Below, piece by piece: positions 10,442 through 21,022 of a stretch of DNA of 64,000 bases. How positions within the stretch are numbered: the stretch's first letter is position 1; each line of letters starts with the position of its first letter. A program made the translations under genes and the position numbers. Under the pieces are notes generated by a model. That model was not told the DNA's origin and searched no databases. It saw only the letters and a list, made by a program, of their open reading frames with translations. This DNA is from an uncultured virus (IMG/VR IMGVR_UViG_3300030331_003482). Lineage: Duplodnaviria; Heunggongvirae; Uroviricota; Caudoviricetes. The DNA is taken from the IMG/VR virus record IMGVR_UViG_3300030331_003482, positions 1-64,000 of that record, one strand, 5' to 3'.

Positions 10442-11200
10442 ATGGAAAAACAAAAAACAAAAAAACAAAAGCCCACGGAAAAGTGGCAAGTTAAAGATAG
10501 ATTATATGAGCTTATAGGTGAAGCAATACCTCCGGTTTATATGATGAAATCAAGAGGATTATACTGGTTTGATGAAGAAGCCGGTTATGAAAGAGAAATA
10601 AAGTATTGTAGAAACCAACAAACTGTATTTGTTGACGAAATGAAAGGACCACAAAGACTTGGTCATATTGTTTTTAGAAACGGAAACTTGTTTGTTGAAA
10701 AAGAACAAACTACATTACAAAAATTTCTTTCACTATACCACCCTGATTCAGGATCGGTATATAAAGAATTTGACGCAGACGTAAAAGCAGAAACAGATAT
10801 AGACATACTAGAGTTACAATTAGAAGCTATGAATTTAGTTAAAAATCTAGATGTTGATCACATGGAAGCAATATTAAGGTCAGAGATTGGAAATGACGTA
10901 TCTAGGATGACTTCTAAGGAGCTTAAACGTGATGCTTTTATATTTGCACAGAATAACCCACAATTGTTCTTAGAACTTGCTAATGATGAAAATATCAATA
11001 TTAGAAATATAGGTATAAAGTCTGTTGAGCAAGGTATAATTAAATTATCTAATGATCAAAGAACATTTAAATGGGGATCAACTGATAAAACATTATTTAA
11101 AGTACCATTTGATGAAAACCCATACTCAGCTTTAGCTGCGTATTTTAAAACTGATGACGGTATTGAAATTTTTAAAACAGTTGAGAAAAAACTAAAATAA
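10442..11200 (+). CDS. Conserved-type hypothetical protein (head module)
   Basis: 252-aa ORF after the capsid gene. Confidence 0.75.
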   Translation: MEKQKTKKQKPTEKWQVKDRLYELIGEAIPPVYMMKSRGLYWFDEEAGYEREIKYCRNQQTVFVDEMKGPQRLGHIVFRNGNLFVEKEQTTLQKFLSLYHPDSGSVYKEFDADVKAETDIDILELQLEAMNLVKNLDVDHMEAILRSEIGNDVSRMTSKELKRDAFIFAQNNPQLFLELANDENINIRNIGIKSVEQGIIKLSNDQRTFKWGSTDKTLFKVPFDENPYSALAAYFKTDDGIEIFKTVEKKLK

Positions 11201-11204
11201 ATCA

Positions 11205-11245
11205 TTTATAGAGTGGTCATCTCTATAGGTGACCACTACTATAAA
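11205..11245. other. Intergenic inverted repeat/hairpin
   Basis: AGTGGTCA...TGACCACT stem, extendable by TTTATA/TATAAA; no clear U-tract. Confidence 0.55.
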
Positions 11246-11256
11246 AAAAAGAAATT

Positions 11257-12297
11257 ATGGCGATTAACGTAAATAAAGTATATAAGTCTGTTTTATCAAT
11301 ACTAAACAAGGAGCAGAGAGGTTATTTAACGCCTGCAGAGTTTAACAATTTAGCTAGACAGGCACAATTAGAATTAGTAGATAAATTATTTTATCAATAC
11401 AATAAGTTTTTAAATATTGAAAACGTTAACCGTACAAACGAAGGCTATGCTGATTTAGCGCAAAAGATAGAAGAACAAATCGATATTCATTTTGCTCAAT
11501 CAACTATATCAAGTAACACGTTGGTTATAGGACCAGGCGGTGTTAATGATTTATACAAAACTATTGGCGTTTATAGAACGTCAAAAAATTCAGATTTAAA
11601 TGGACAAAACATTTTGTTTGAAACAGAAGTAGAAAAAGTAGAAAAATCAAAAGCAGTTTATTTGAACTCTTCTCCATTAACTGCTCCATCAAAAGACTTT
11701 CCAGTCTATTATCAAAATCACGCTACAATAATAACTATACCTGCTGATGCTAACGCAACAGAAGTTATAAGATATATAAAAAGACCTGCTAACCCAAGGT
11801 TTGGCTATACATTAAATGCTAATTATGGTATTGAGGTGTATGATGACTTAACTTTTGTAAATGGTGGTTTGATAAATAACAAAACATTAGCTAGCACAGC
11901 TGCTAACTATACAGAGAGTGGATCATACACTAATGGTACTTATACAACATTTACAACAAGCGGTAGTGGTACCGGAGCTTCATTGACATTAACTGTAGCT
12001 GGCAACGATCCAACAACATTAGTAGTTGGTAATGCTGGTAGTGGTTATAAAGTTGGTGATACAATAACATTTAGTGGTGTAGGTGGTAGTGGTACTATAG
12101 TATACACTATAAAAGCTGGTGATACATTTGATAGTAGCACTAGAGGTTCAACGGACTTTGAATTACATTTATCACAAGAAACAGAATTAATAATAAGTAT
12201 TTTGGCTTATGCTGGATTTATATTAAAAGATCCTAGTATAGTTCAAAGTGCTGTTCAGATAGGTCAAGGATCTGAAATGACAAAACAACAACAATAA
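11257..12297 (+). CDS. Head-tail adaptor/tail tubular protein with inserted Gly/Thr-rich module
   Basis: LNKEQRGYLTPAEFN N-terminus and YIKRP..P motif typical of adaptor ring proteins; position in the tail module. Confidence 0.6.
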   Translation: MAINVNKVYKSVLSILNKEQRGYLTPAEFNNLARQAQLELVDKLFYQYNKFLNIENVNRTNEGYADLAQKIEEQIDIHFAQSTISSNTLVIGPGGVNDLYKTIGVYRTSKNSDLNGQNILFETEVEKVEKSKAVYLNSSPLTAPSKDFPVYYQNHATIITIPADANATEVIRYIKRPANPRFGYTLNANYGIEVYDDLTFVNGGLINNKTLASTAANYTESGSYTNGTYTTFTTSGSGTGASLTLTVAGNDPTTLVVGNAGSGYKVGDTITFSGVGGSGTIVYTIKAGDTFDSSTRGSTDFELHLSQETELIISILAYAGFILKDPSIVQSAVQIGQGSEMTKQQQ

Positions 12298-12298
12298 T

Positions 12299-13408
12299 AT
12301 GGGATTACTAGGAACAACAAACGCTGAAAATTATTATACCTCAAGTCAAAAGTTTACAACGAGTACGTCACAAGCTTCTAGTGGAGACTATGTACTTACT
12401 GTAAGTAACTTACCTGCAGATGAAGATGCTTTTATTGTTTTTGTAAACGGAACTGAAGTTGGTAGAGATAAATACACTTTTCCAAAAACTAATACAAATA
12501 ATACAATAAACTTTACATCAAACTTACCAGTTGCTGGCGATACTGTTTTAGTTAAATTTACTGATAGAAAATTAGGTGATTATAGATATATAAATCTTGT
12601 TGATATTATAAACAATTTTATGTACGGTTATACAGGTGATGGTAAAGTTATTAATAAAGCAAAAAGATCTGATATATTATTTCACGCAAAAAGAGGTATA
12701 CAAGAGTTTGCTTACGATATATCAAGAGTTGAAAAAATACAAGAAGTAGAAGTTGGACCTGATCTGACCGTAGCTATGCCTCAAGATTATGTGAATTATA
12801 TTATGCTATCATGGGTTGATACTTCTGGACTTGAACACCCAATATTTCCAGCTGAATATACATCAAGACCAAGTGAGTCTATAGCTCAAGACGCTAATGG
12901 AGATTACTTATTTACAAGCCAAGGTGATACTATCACTCAAACAAGATTTAAAGATTTTGATTTAAACTTATATTCAGGTAACTTAGCTAATGATGATTAT
13001 TATTTATTTACACATTATGTTTCAAATAGAATATATAACAGAAGCGGTAGATATGGTATTGATCCAGTTAAAGCTAATTTTAATGGAGTATTCGTTGTTG
13101 ATGAAGCAAATGGTCAGTTTGGTTTTAGTAATGATCTATCTGGTAGAATAATAAATATAAAATATGTATCTGATGGTTTAGCAACTGATTCAGAAATGAA
13201 AATACATAAGTTAGCTGAAGATGCTATTTATAAATATATTTATCATGCTGTTTTATCTACAAAATTAGGTGTTCCTGAATACCAAGTTATGAGAGCTAAA
13301 AGAGATAGAAGAGCTGCTATGAGAAACGCAAAGCTTAGATTATCTGATTTAAATATAAAAGAGCTTACCAATATAATGAAAGGTAAAGCTAAACATATTA
13401 AACATTAA
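12299..13408 (+). CDS. Structural (tail ring/adaptor) protein
   Basis: Position in the tail module; MPQDYVNY and KYVSDGL motifs. Confidence 0.55.
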   Translation: MGLLGTTNAENYYTSSQKFTTSTSQASSGDYVLTVSNLPADEDAFIVFVNGTEVGRDKYTFPKTNTNNTINFTSNLPVAGDTVLVKFTDRKLGDYRYINLVDIINNFMYGYTGDGKVINKAKRSDILFHAKRGIQEFAYDISRVEKIQEVEVGPDLTVAMPQDYVNYIMLSWVDTSGLEHPIFPAEYTSRPSESIAQDANGDYLFTSQGDTITQTRFKDFDLNLYSGNLANDDYYLFTHYVSNRIYNRSGRYGIDPVKANFNGVFVVDEANGQFGFSNDLSGRIINIKYVSDGLATDSEMKIHKLAEDAIYKYIYHAVLSTKLGVPEYQVMRAKRDRRAAMRNAKLRLSDLNIKELTNIMKGKAKHIKH

Positions 13409-13412
13409 TTAA

Positions 13413-16400
13413 ATGCCAGAAATAAAAAATAACTTTCTAAAGGGGAAGATGAACAAAGACCTCGATGAGAGACTTATACAAAAAGGTGAATATAGAGAAG
13501 CTCAAAACGTAAATATTATAGAATCAGAATCATCTGATGCTAGCGCTATAGAAAATATAAAAGGTAATGTTGCTAAAAATGTTTTAGCATCAATATCAGG
13601 TTCTCCAGAAGTTATAGGTTTTGTGCCTGACGTTAAAAATAAAAAAATATATTACTTTGTAACTAATTTTAGTGGAGGTAATAATTTTAATGATAATATA
13701 AGAAATATAGATAGAAGCACGTCGGCTGTTTGTAAAATAATACAATACGATACTAGTATACAACAGAACACTGTTCTTTTAGAAGGCAGTTTTTTAAATT
13801 TTAGTAAAAATCATTTAATAACTGGAGCGCAAGTTATAGATGATTTATTATTTTTTACAGATGATTATAACCAACCTAGAAGAATTAATGTTAAAAGATG
13901 TGTAGAAAGTAACTCAACAACCTACTACACTACTGAAGATGAAATAAGTATAGCTAAATATGCACCTTACACGCCTATACGGTTAGTAAACACAAATGGT
14001 GTTTGGGCTAATAGTAATAGCGTTTCATCAAATGTTGCTGCTGATAAAACTAATCAAAATATAAAATCAGATTATTTAAGAGAAAATTTTGTTAGATTTT
14101 CATATAGATATAAATATGAAGATGGAGAATATTCTTTGTTTGCACCGTTTACACAAATAGTTTTTGAACCTTTAAACAATGGTGAAATAAAAACACAAGA
14201 TGGTCAAAGAAACTCTACAACTAACGAGCCTAATGTTCCTATAAGCGCTCAAGATATTTTAAAGAAAACAAAAGTTGATTTGATGCAAAACGCTATCAAC
14301 AAGGTTATACTAAGAATACCTGTTCCTAATGCTGATGAAAGAGGACATACAACTGATGATTTTCAAAATCAATATACTAATCCATATAAAATATCTGAAA
14401 TACAAATAGTATTAAAAGAAGCAGATAGCAGAGCAATAAAAGTTGTTAAAAATATAAAAATAAGTGATACTAGTAATATATTTGAAACGTATACTATAAA
14501 GCCTAAAAGTGATGGTTCAACAACTTATTTTAGGCAAGTGTTAAAGCATATTTACAGATCAGAAAAACCTTTTCAAGTTTTACCAGAAGATCAAACTACA
14601 AGAGTTTATGATCAAGTACCTTTATTAGCTAAATCATTAGAAATAGTAGGTAATAGAGTTGTTTTTGGTAATTATGTAGAAAACTATGAGTTTCCTAAAG
14701 ATCAAGGTGGTAAAAAAGGTATGAACTACTTTGTTGGTTTATCAACAGCTAAATCAGATGTTGAACATAACAAAACTTTTGGTTTATTGCAAAACACATT
14801 TAATGCGTATAGACATCATAATATAAAGCAAAGAAGAACTTATCAAGTAGGTATTGTTTTTGCAGATAAATTTGGTAGGCAATCACCTGTAGTACTTTCG
14901 TCACATAGTGGTAATATAACAGACACATTTACAGTTGGACCTGACGTTGAAGATAAAAAAGCAAAATTTAACAGTAACACTTATAGTTGGAGCTCAAATA
15001 GAGTTGCTTATGGTCAAGCTTTACAAATAGATTTTCAAGATCCGGTTTTATTTGAAAACGTAAAAGACCTTTACAACGGTAACAAAGCAAGTGCTGATTA
15101 TAATCCACATGGATGGTATTCATATAGAATTGTTGTAAAACAAACAGAGCAAGAGTATGATAATGTTTACGGTAATTACGCTGCTAACTCATGGAGTAAC
15201 GTTGGAACAACAGAAACAAGGTTTGATGATAATGGTAACATAAGTAACACAGGATCAAACTCACAGATAATTGATGGTAGGCAAGACTTAACAGCTGGCG
15301 GTAGATCTTGGTTTACTCTATATGGTGATAATATAAACAAAGTGCCTAGAAACCCATCAGAACAAGATTTTACAAGAGAAGGTATATCAGGATCAGATGC
15401 TACGTTGTACCCTAAAGTAATACCACAAGATGGTGCTGGAAAATCAAAAATGGGTGATGTTAATCAAGAACCTGTAGATGTTATAAGTATTGGTACTGCT
15501 ATAGAACAAGGTTTATTTTCTGACAATCCCATAATAAAACCAACTACATTAAGCTTAGCTAACAAACCAAGAATATATAACTTTGTATATGGTAAAGACA
15601 GAAACCCTTTGGTTGCAGAATTACCTAATTTAAAAGTAGAACCAGTTGGTATTGATAATATAGACATTGATGTAACACAGTCAAATAGTAACACTACCGA
15701 TACACCTATTGGTTATCCAACAGATGGTAATATTGGTATAGGAGAAAACCCTCAATTTGGATCAGAAGGTTTAATGGTTTTTGAAACAAAACCTTTTGAA
15801 TCTAAAATAGATATTTTTTATGAAAGTGGTACTTGTGGTTTAGTTCAAGATCTTGATGATCAGTTAGAGGTTACGGAAAATACAGCTAATCCAGATGATA
15901 TTGAAATAAGTCCAGCTAATGGACAGTTTCCTGAATCAACTGCTATTGGTGGTACTGTTGTAACTGTTTCTGCTGATGATAACACAGGTTCTTCAAATTT
16001 AAGTTTTGCAATACAAAGCGCGTCAACAGGTAACGGTCAAGATGTTACAAGTAGATTTAATATAAACTCAAACACTGGTGTTGTTACTTTAGCAGGTGGT
16101 TTTAGAAGAACAGATACTACTGCTGATACAATAACTTTAAATGTTGCTGTTTCAGATCCTGACGCTGGAACTGCTTACTCAGCAAAAACATTAACTGTTA
16201 TGAACTCAGCGCCAACATCAACAGGTCCTTCTAGTGTTAATATACCTAACAATGCTGGTAATAATTATACTGTAGCAACTCTTACTATTAAAAACGGAAC
16301 TACAATAACTAGCGAAGATCACATTGGTTTATCTGTAACCCACGTATTAGGAAATACTAATTTTAATAATTATTTTAATACATCTATATCAGGTAATATA

Positions 16401-16871
16401 CTAACTATTAAAACAACTTCTCAATGGACTGTTTCTAATGCTAACACGTTTTTTGGAAACTCAAGCTCAAATAGAACTATTACAATTACAATAAATGATG
16501 GCTTAAGTACTAATAACACAGTTACTGATACTGTACAAGTAAATCAACAAACTACATCAGTTACTGGTACCTTAGATATTGGTCAAAACATTTCTGTTTG
16601 TGGTTATTGTGGAGCCTCACCAGGAACTTTTTATGCCGTTGCAGGTAGCGGTACAACGCCGACTGTTGTTAACGGTGAACTTAGAGTACATGCTGGTAAC
16701 CAAATATTTACAAATGTTGGTTTAAGTAATACAGCTTCTGCTGGTGATTATTTTTATGAAAACGATAGCGCACAATTTCCTGACGAAGCTTATTATTGTG
16801 TTAGTATTAATAGTAGTGGTCAAGTAACGGCTGTAAATTTAACTGAAGAATGTGATGATAACCAAGGATAA
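13413..16871 (+). CDS. Tail stabilisation/tubular protein B-like, with C-terminal cadherin/Ig-like extension
   Basis: N-terminal FLKGKMNKDLDERL...GEYREAQNV, LFFTDDYNQPRRINV and YQVGIVFADKFGRQSPV. The C-terminus has a cadherin-like pattern (PESTAIGGTVVTVSADD...FNINSNTGVVT...VAVSDPD). Confidence 0.65.
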   Translation: MPEIKNNFLKGKMNKDLDERLIQKGEYREAQNVNIIESESSDASAIENIKGNVAKNVLASISGSPEVIGFVPDVKNKKIYYFVTNFSGGNNFNDNIRNIDRSTSAVCKIIQYDTSIQQNTVLLEGSFLNFSKNHLITGAQVIDDLLFFTDDYNQPRRINVKRCVESNSTTYYTTEDEISIAKYAPYTPIRLVNTNGVWANSNSVSSNVAADKTNQNIKSDYLRENFVRFSYRYKYEDGEYSLFAPFTQIVFEPLNNGEIKTQDGQRNSTTNEPNVPISAQDILKKTKVDLMQNAINKVILRIPVPNADERGHTTDDFQNQYTNPYKISEIQIVLKEADSRAIKVVKNIKISDTSNIFETYTIKPKSDGSTTYFRQVLKHIYRSEKPFQVLPEDQTTRVYDQVPLLAKSLEIVGNRVVFGNYVENYEFPKDQGGKKGMNYFVGLSTAKSDVEHNKTFGLLQNTFNAYRHHNIKQRRTYQVGIVFADKFGRQSPVVLSSHSGNITDTFTVGPDVEDKKAKFNSNTYSWSSNRVAYGQALQIDFQDPVLFENVKDLYNGNKASADYNPHGWYSYRIVVKQTEQEYDNVYGNYAANSWSNVGTTETRFDDNGNISNTGSNSQIIDGRQDLTAGGRSWFTLYGDNINKVPRNPSEQDFTREGISGSDATLYPKVIPQDGAGKSKMGDVNQEPVDVISIGTAIEQGLFSDNPIIKPTTLSLANKPRIYNFVYGKDRNPLVAELPNLKVEPVGIDNIDIDVTQSNSNTTDTPIGYPTDGNIGIGENPQFGSEGLMVFETKPFESKIDIFYESGTCGLVQDLDDQLEVTENTANPDDIEISPANGQFPESTAIGGTVVTVSADDNTGSSNLSFAIQSASTGNGQDVTSRFNINSNTGVVTLAGGFRRTDTTADTITLNVAVSDPDAGTAYSAKTLTVMNSAPTSTGPSSVNIPNNAGNNYTVATLTIKNGTTITSEDHIGLSVTHVLGNTNFNNYFNTSISGNILTIKTTSQWTVSNANTFFGNSSSNRTITITINDGLSTNNTVTDTVQVNQQTTSVTGTLDIGQNISVCGYCGASPGTFYAVAGSGTTPTVVNGELRVHAGNQIFTNVGLSNTASAGDYFYENDSAQFPDEAYYCVSINSSGQVTAVNLTEECDDNQG

Positions 16872-16881
16872 AATATAAAAT

Positions 16882-18270
16882 ATGGGACAAATATTAGAAG
16901 TATCTTATTACAACTCTTTTATTTTAGCCGGTGGAACAACTTCATCCGGTAGCACAAATCAAAATCATAAACCTGGTGTTTATCATATTGAAGAAGCTAG
17001 AATAAAAGGAGAGTTTAATGGAAAGTCGGTTGACTTTGGAGCTAGAGCATACGCCACAGATGATGAGTATGGTACTAGAAGAAGATCTAACGCTATGATA
17101 TATTCTGGTATATACAACTCAAAAACAAAAGTAAATAAAACTAATGAATTTCCTATAGGTGCAGCTATCACTAGATCAGTTGATATTGCACATGGTAGTA
17201 TACAAAAACTACATGCTGAAGAAACTAACTTAAATATATTGCAAGAAAACAAGGTTAGTAGAGCGTTAATTGATAAAGACGCTATATTTACAGCTGAAGG
17301 TGGTAACTTAACTGTATCTGGTTCTAAAGTTATAGGCCAAGTTGTAGCATACGCTGGTAAATACGGTATAAGTACACATCCTGAAAGCTTTGCTGTATTT
17401 GGCACAAGAAAATATTTTGCTGATAAAAATAGAGGTGTTATATTAAGATTATCTCAAGATGGTTTAACTCCTATATCAGAAGCTGGTATGAAAGACTTTT
17501 TTAGAGATAATTTAAAAATAACTAACGCAAAAATATATGGTATGTATGATGAGGTATATGATCAATACTATATATCAATGCAAAAAAATAATCCATCTAG
17601 TAATATAACACATGGTAGTCAAACTACAAACGGATCAACATTATCAGCTATAACAGATTATGTAACGTTATCTTACTCAGAAAAATCAAAAGGTTGGGTA
17701 TCATTACATACATTTAAGCCTAGTTTTGGTGTAAGTTTAGGTAACGAGTTTTTTACATTTAGTGGTAAAGATATTTATCAGCATTATGTAGGTGATTATA
17801 ACAATTTTTATGGATCACAATATCAACAACCTTCTTATGTTAAACTTATAATGAACGATATGCCTAGCAGCATTAAAACATTTAGAACTATTAACTACGA
17901 AGGATCTAAAGGTTGGTCAATGGAATCAGCGGTAGCTGAAAGTGTAATGAAAGATGGTTACACATTTGAGACTCAAGCAGAAGAAGCATATAAAATACCG
18001 AAGAAAGGTGTAACTATAACTGATGAGAATAGCATATCTATTAACGTTGGTTTTGAGTTGAAAGAAAGTAAATACTACAAAGACTTAAGACAAAAAGTAC
18101 CTTATACTAGTACAAGCTATGATATTGATTTTAATAACAATACATTAAATACTACAACTGGTATAAAAGGTTATCATGCAGAGTTTAAAATACAGTACTG
18201 GGAACCAAACCCAATACCAGGTGAAACTAAAGCAGAACTTTTTGCAGTGTCAAACGAAATAACATTATAA
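16882..18270 (+). CDS. Tail stabilisation protein, second part (beta-propeller-like)
   Basis: YGISTHPESFA, YFADKNRGVILRLSQDGLTPISEAGMKDFF and KGWVS motifs. Confidence 0.6.
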   Translation: MGQILEVSYYNSFILAGGTTSSGSTNQNHKPGVYHIEEARIKGEFNGKSVDFGARAYATDDEYGTRRRSNAMIYSGIYNSKTKVNKTNEFPIGAAITRSVDIAHGSIQKLHAEETNLNILQENKVSRALIDKDAIFTAEGGNLTVSGSKVIGQVVAYAGKYGISTHPESFAVFGTRKYFADKNRGVILRLSQDGLTPISEAGMKDFFRDNLKITNAKIYGMYDEVYDQYYISMQKNNPSSNITHGSQTTNGSTLSAITDYVTLSYSEKSKGWVSLHTFKPSFGVSLGNEFFTFSGKDIYQHYVGDYNNFYGSQYQQPSYVKLIMNDMPSSIKTFRTINYEGSKGWSMESAVAESVMKDGYTFETQAEEAYKIPKKGVTITDENSISINVGFELKESKYYKDLRQKVPYTSTSYDIDFNNNTLNTTTGIKGYHAEFKIQYWEPNPIPGETKAELFAVSNEITL

Positions 18271-18280
18271 ATAAAAAAAT

Positions 18281-18970
18281 ATGGTAACAGCAATAGCGGG
18301 AGCAGCAGCTTCGATGATTGGCGGATTATTCCAGGGATTTGGTGCTAGAAAAGCTGCCAGAAGACAAGAGCGTAGATCTAAAAAATTACAACGTGATTTA
18401 AATAGATTAGAGGCTAATAGACAAGATATTATTGATCCATCAAGAAATATAGTTGATAGATCATCGCTCATTAGTAATACTATGGGTAATTTACAAGTAT
18501 CAACCCAAGCAGCTGAGTTTCAAGCTGAAGAGGCTGATTTAAGTTTAGCAAGTACATTAGATACGTTAAGAGCTACAGGAGCTGGAGCAGGTGGAGCTAC
18601 AGCGTTAGCACAGGCTGCGTTAAGAAGTAAAGCGGGTATAGCTGCTACTATAGATCAACAAGAAGCACAAAATGCTAGACTAAGAGCGCAAGGAGCACAA
18701 GCAGCTCAGGCAGCTAGATTGCAAGAAGGTAGTAGAGTAGATTCAGCAAGAATGCAGGGTGATATGTTCCAGTTTAATGTTAGAGAAGATAGAGAACAAA
18801 TGAAGCTAGATAGAACCGCTGGTTTACTAGATCAATCAAGAATGCAAGCTGCTAATTTAAAATCACAAGCTAGCCAAGGATTTGGTCAAGCTTTTGGAGC
18901 TTTAGGTGGCGTTGTGGCAGGTCAAGCTGCTTCAGCTGAAGGTTTTAAAAATATATTTGGCAGCGGTTAA
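18281..18970 (+). CDS. Putative internal virion (ejection) protein
   Basis: Ala/Gly/Gln-rich helical protein with hydrophobic Gly-rich ends, placed after the tail genes. Confidence 0.55.
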   Translation: MVTAIAGAAASMIGGLFQGFGARKAARRQERRSKKLQRDLNRLEANRQDIIDPSRNIVDRSSLISNTMGNLQVSTQAAEFQAEEADLSLASTLDTLRATGAGAGGATALAQAALRSKAGIAATIDQQEAQNARLRAQGAQAAQAARLQEGSRVDSARMQGDMFQFNVREDREQMKLDRTAGLLDQSRMQAANLKSQASQGFGQAFGALGGVVAGQAASAEGFKNIFGSG

Positions 18971-18981
18971 AATAAAATATT

Positions 18982-21012
18982 ATGAGTTATAGACATCCAA
19001 GATTTTACAAAGAAGATTATACAGGTTTTAACAAAGGAGCATCAGCTGCTTTTCAACAATCCTTTACAGACGTTAAAGGATATTTCGATAAAAAAATAGA
19101 ACAGAGAAAAGAATATGAAGCTGATCTACATGCACAAGCTGATAAAATGCGTGAAGCAGCAGCTGCATCAGGTCAAGTTGGCGCTGAGTTTCAAAAGAAA
19201 CTAGAAGAAAATATACAAAACTTCTTGAAAGAAGGTATGGCTGTAGATGGTATGGATAAACCTGGTTTCTTTTTTCAAAACGTAAAAGAAACTGGTAAAA
19301 AAGATAAATTAGATTTAGATAAAGCTAATGCTAATTTTAATGCTGAAATAGCAGCCGCAAACAATATAACAGATAGAGCTTTTGTTGCTGGTTTAGAAAT
19401 AGATGAAGATTACGATCATGGATCAGGTAGTTATTTAGAATATGCGTCAGTTGTTAAAGCTTTACAAAGTAATTTCAAAGAAGGTGGTAACGTAGATTTT
19501 AAATATAAAGGCGAAGGTAGTAATGAGTTTGGTTTTGGTGTTACAATAAACAACCCAAGATGGAGACCTGGTGATCCTGAAGAAGAAAAGATGATAACGT
19601 ATAGCGCTCAAGATGTGCAGAGACTTATCGGTGAAAATGATCCGAAAGCTAGAGCACAAATAGAAGAAAATATAAATACAGCTGTGGATTCTTTAGTTAA
19701 AACTGCTAAATCTGATTTAGATGAAAGATTTGCTAGTGGTAGAGCTAGTGGTAAAGATGGTGTATTATATAAAGGTGAAACATCAGTAGAAAACACTGTT
19801 GCTCAGTATATGAGAGAGATGAGACAACAAGATGAAAATAACCCTGATGATCCTAGTATTATAGATGATATATTTAACAATAAGGTTAAATTTAATGACA
19901 ATATACGACTACAAGAATTAGAAAGAGTTGAAGGTAGCGCGGGTTTAATAGGTTTAGCAAACAATGAAGATAATGCTGAAAAATTAGCTATGTTACTAGA
20001 CATGCCTCATAATGAATTATCATATTCAAAAAAGATATTAAATGAAATGGGTGTTAAAGATGTTGATGGAGCTTTAAAAACTTTAGAAGCTGCTAAGAAC
20101 AACATGGTTGAAAGATATTTAAAAAACGAGGTTATGGGTAGTGGTATTGCTAGTAAATATATTGATCCTAAAGCACCAGAAAAACCTAAAGGTCCTCCCA
20201 CTAAACCACCAAAAGTAGATAATTACGCTATACAACAAGGCTCAAGAACTATGGAAACAATAAATGAAACTCAAAGTGCTATAGAAAGAGCTGCTGAAGT
20301 ATTACCAGGTGTTTTAGATGGTACCTACGAAGGAGGTAGTTTAATTACAGCTGCTTTAGCGCAAGATCCAAGCGTTCAATTAACAGATTTTAAAGAAAGT
20401 ATGACAGGTCAAACATTTAAGTATGGTGGTACTAATGTTCCAGTAAAAGATTTTGACATTGACAAAGATGGTAATATGATATTTACTTTTGAGCGAGGTA
20501 GTGCTACTGAAGATGAGGTAGATGAAGATGGTAACAAAACAGGTAGAAAAACAAGAGTTGATTTTCAAAAAGATTCTGAAACCTTTAATATATATGATCC
20601 TGAAGATATGAGAGGCTTTTATAAAGCTATATCTCCAGAAATGGGAGGATCAACAGAGTACAGTAGAAACTTCTCATCTATAGCTTTTGATGAAAATATG
20701 GTAGAAAACTTTATTAATAGTGATGATTTTATAAGCAAAATTAGTAATCCAAAATATGAAAAATGGGTTGATTGGGTTAGTAAAAGAACTAAAAAGGTAA
20801 GTAATAAGGACGGCGATTTAGTAACAAGTTATTATGGTAGAGAAGAAATTATCAATAAAATAGCTAATGATCCAGCTATTATAAATCACATAGACCCTAA
20901 TGATAAAGAAAATTACAAACCTGCTTTAGCTAAAGTTTACAATAAATTTAAAAGTGAAATAGATAGCAGAGAAATAGATAGGTTAATGTCAGTTAGAGGA
21001 TTTGGCAATTAA
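18982..21012 (+). CDS. Putative internal virion protein
   Basis: 676-aa charged helical protein in the ejection cluster. Confidence 0.5.
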   Translation: MSYRHPRFYKEDYTGFNKGASAAFQQSFTDVKGYFDKKIEQRKEYEADLHAQADKMREAAAASGQVGAEFQKKLEENIQNFLKEGMAVDGMDKPGFFFQNVKETGKKDKLDLDKANANFNAEIAAANNITDRAFVAGLEIDEDYDHGSGSYLEYASVVKALQSNFKEGGNVDFKYKGEGSNEFGFGVTINNPRWRPGDPEEEKMITYSAQDVQRLIGENDPKARAQIEENINTAVDSLVKTAKSDLDERFASGRASGKDGVLYKGETSVENTVAQYMREMRQQDENNPDDPSIIDDIFNNKVKFNDNIRLQELERVEGSAGLIGLANNEDNAEKLAMLLDMPHNELSYSKKILNEMGVKDVDGALKTLEAAKNNMVERYLKNEVMGSGIASKYIDPKAPEKPKGPPTKPPKVDNYAIQQGSRTMETINETQSAIERAAEVLPGVLDGTYEGGSLITAALAQDPSVQLTDFKESMTGQTFKYGGTNVPVKDFDIDKDGNMIFTFERGSATEDEVDEDGNKTGRKTRVDFQKDSETFNIYDPEDMRGFYKAISPEMGGSTEYSRNFSSIAFDENMVENFINSDDFISKISNPKYEKWVDWVSKRTKKVSNKDGDLVTSYYGREEIINKIANDPAIINHIDPNDKENYKPALAKVYNKFKSEIDSREIDRLMSVRGFGN

Positions 21013-21022
21013 ATAATTTAAT

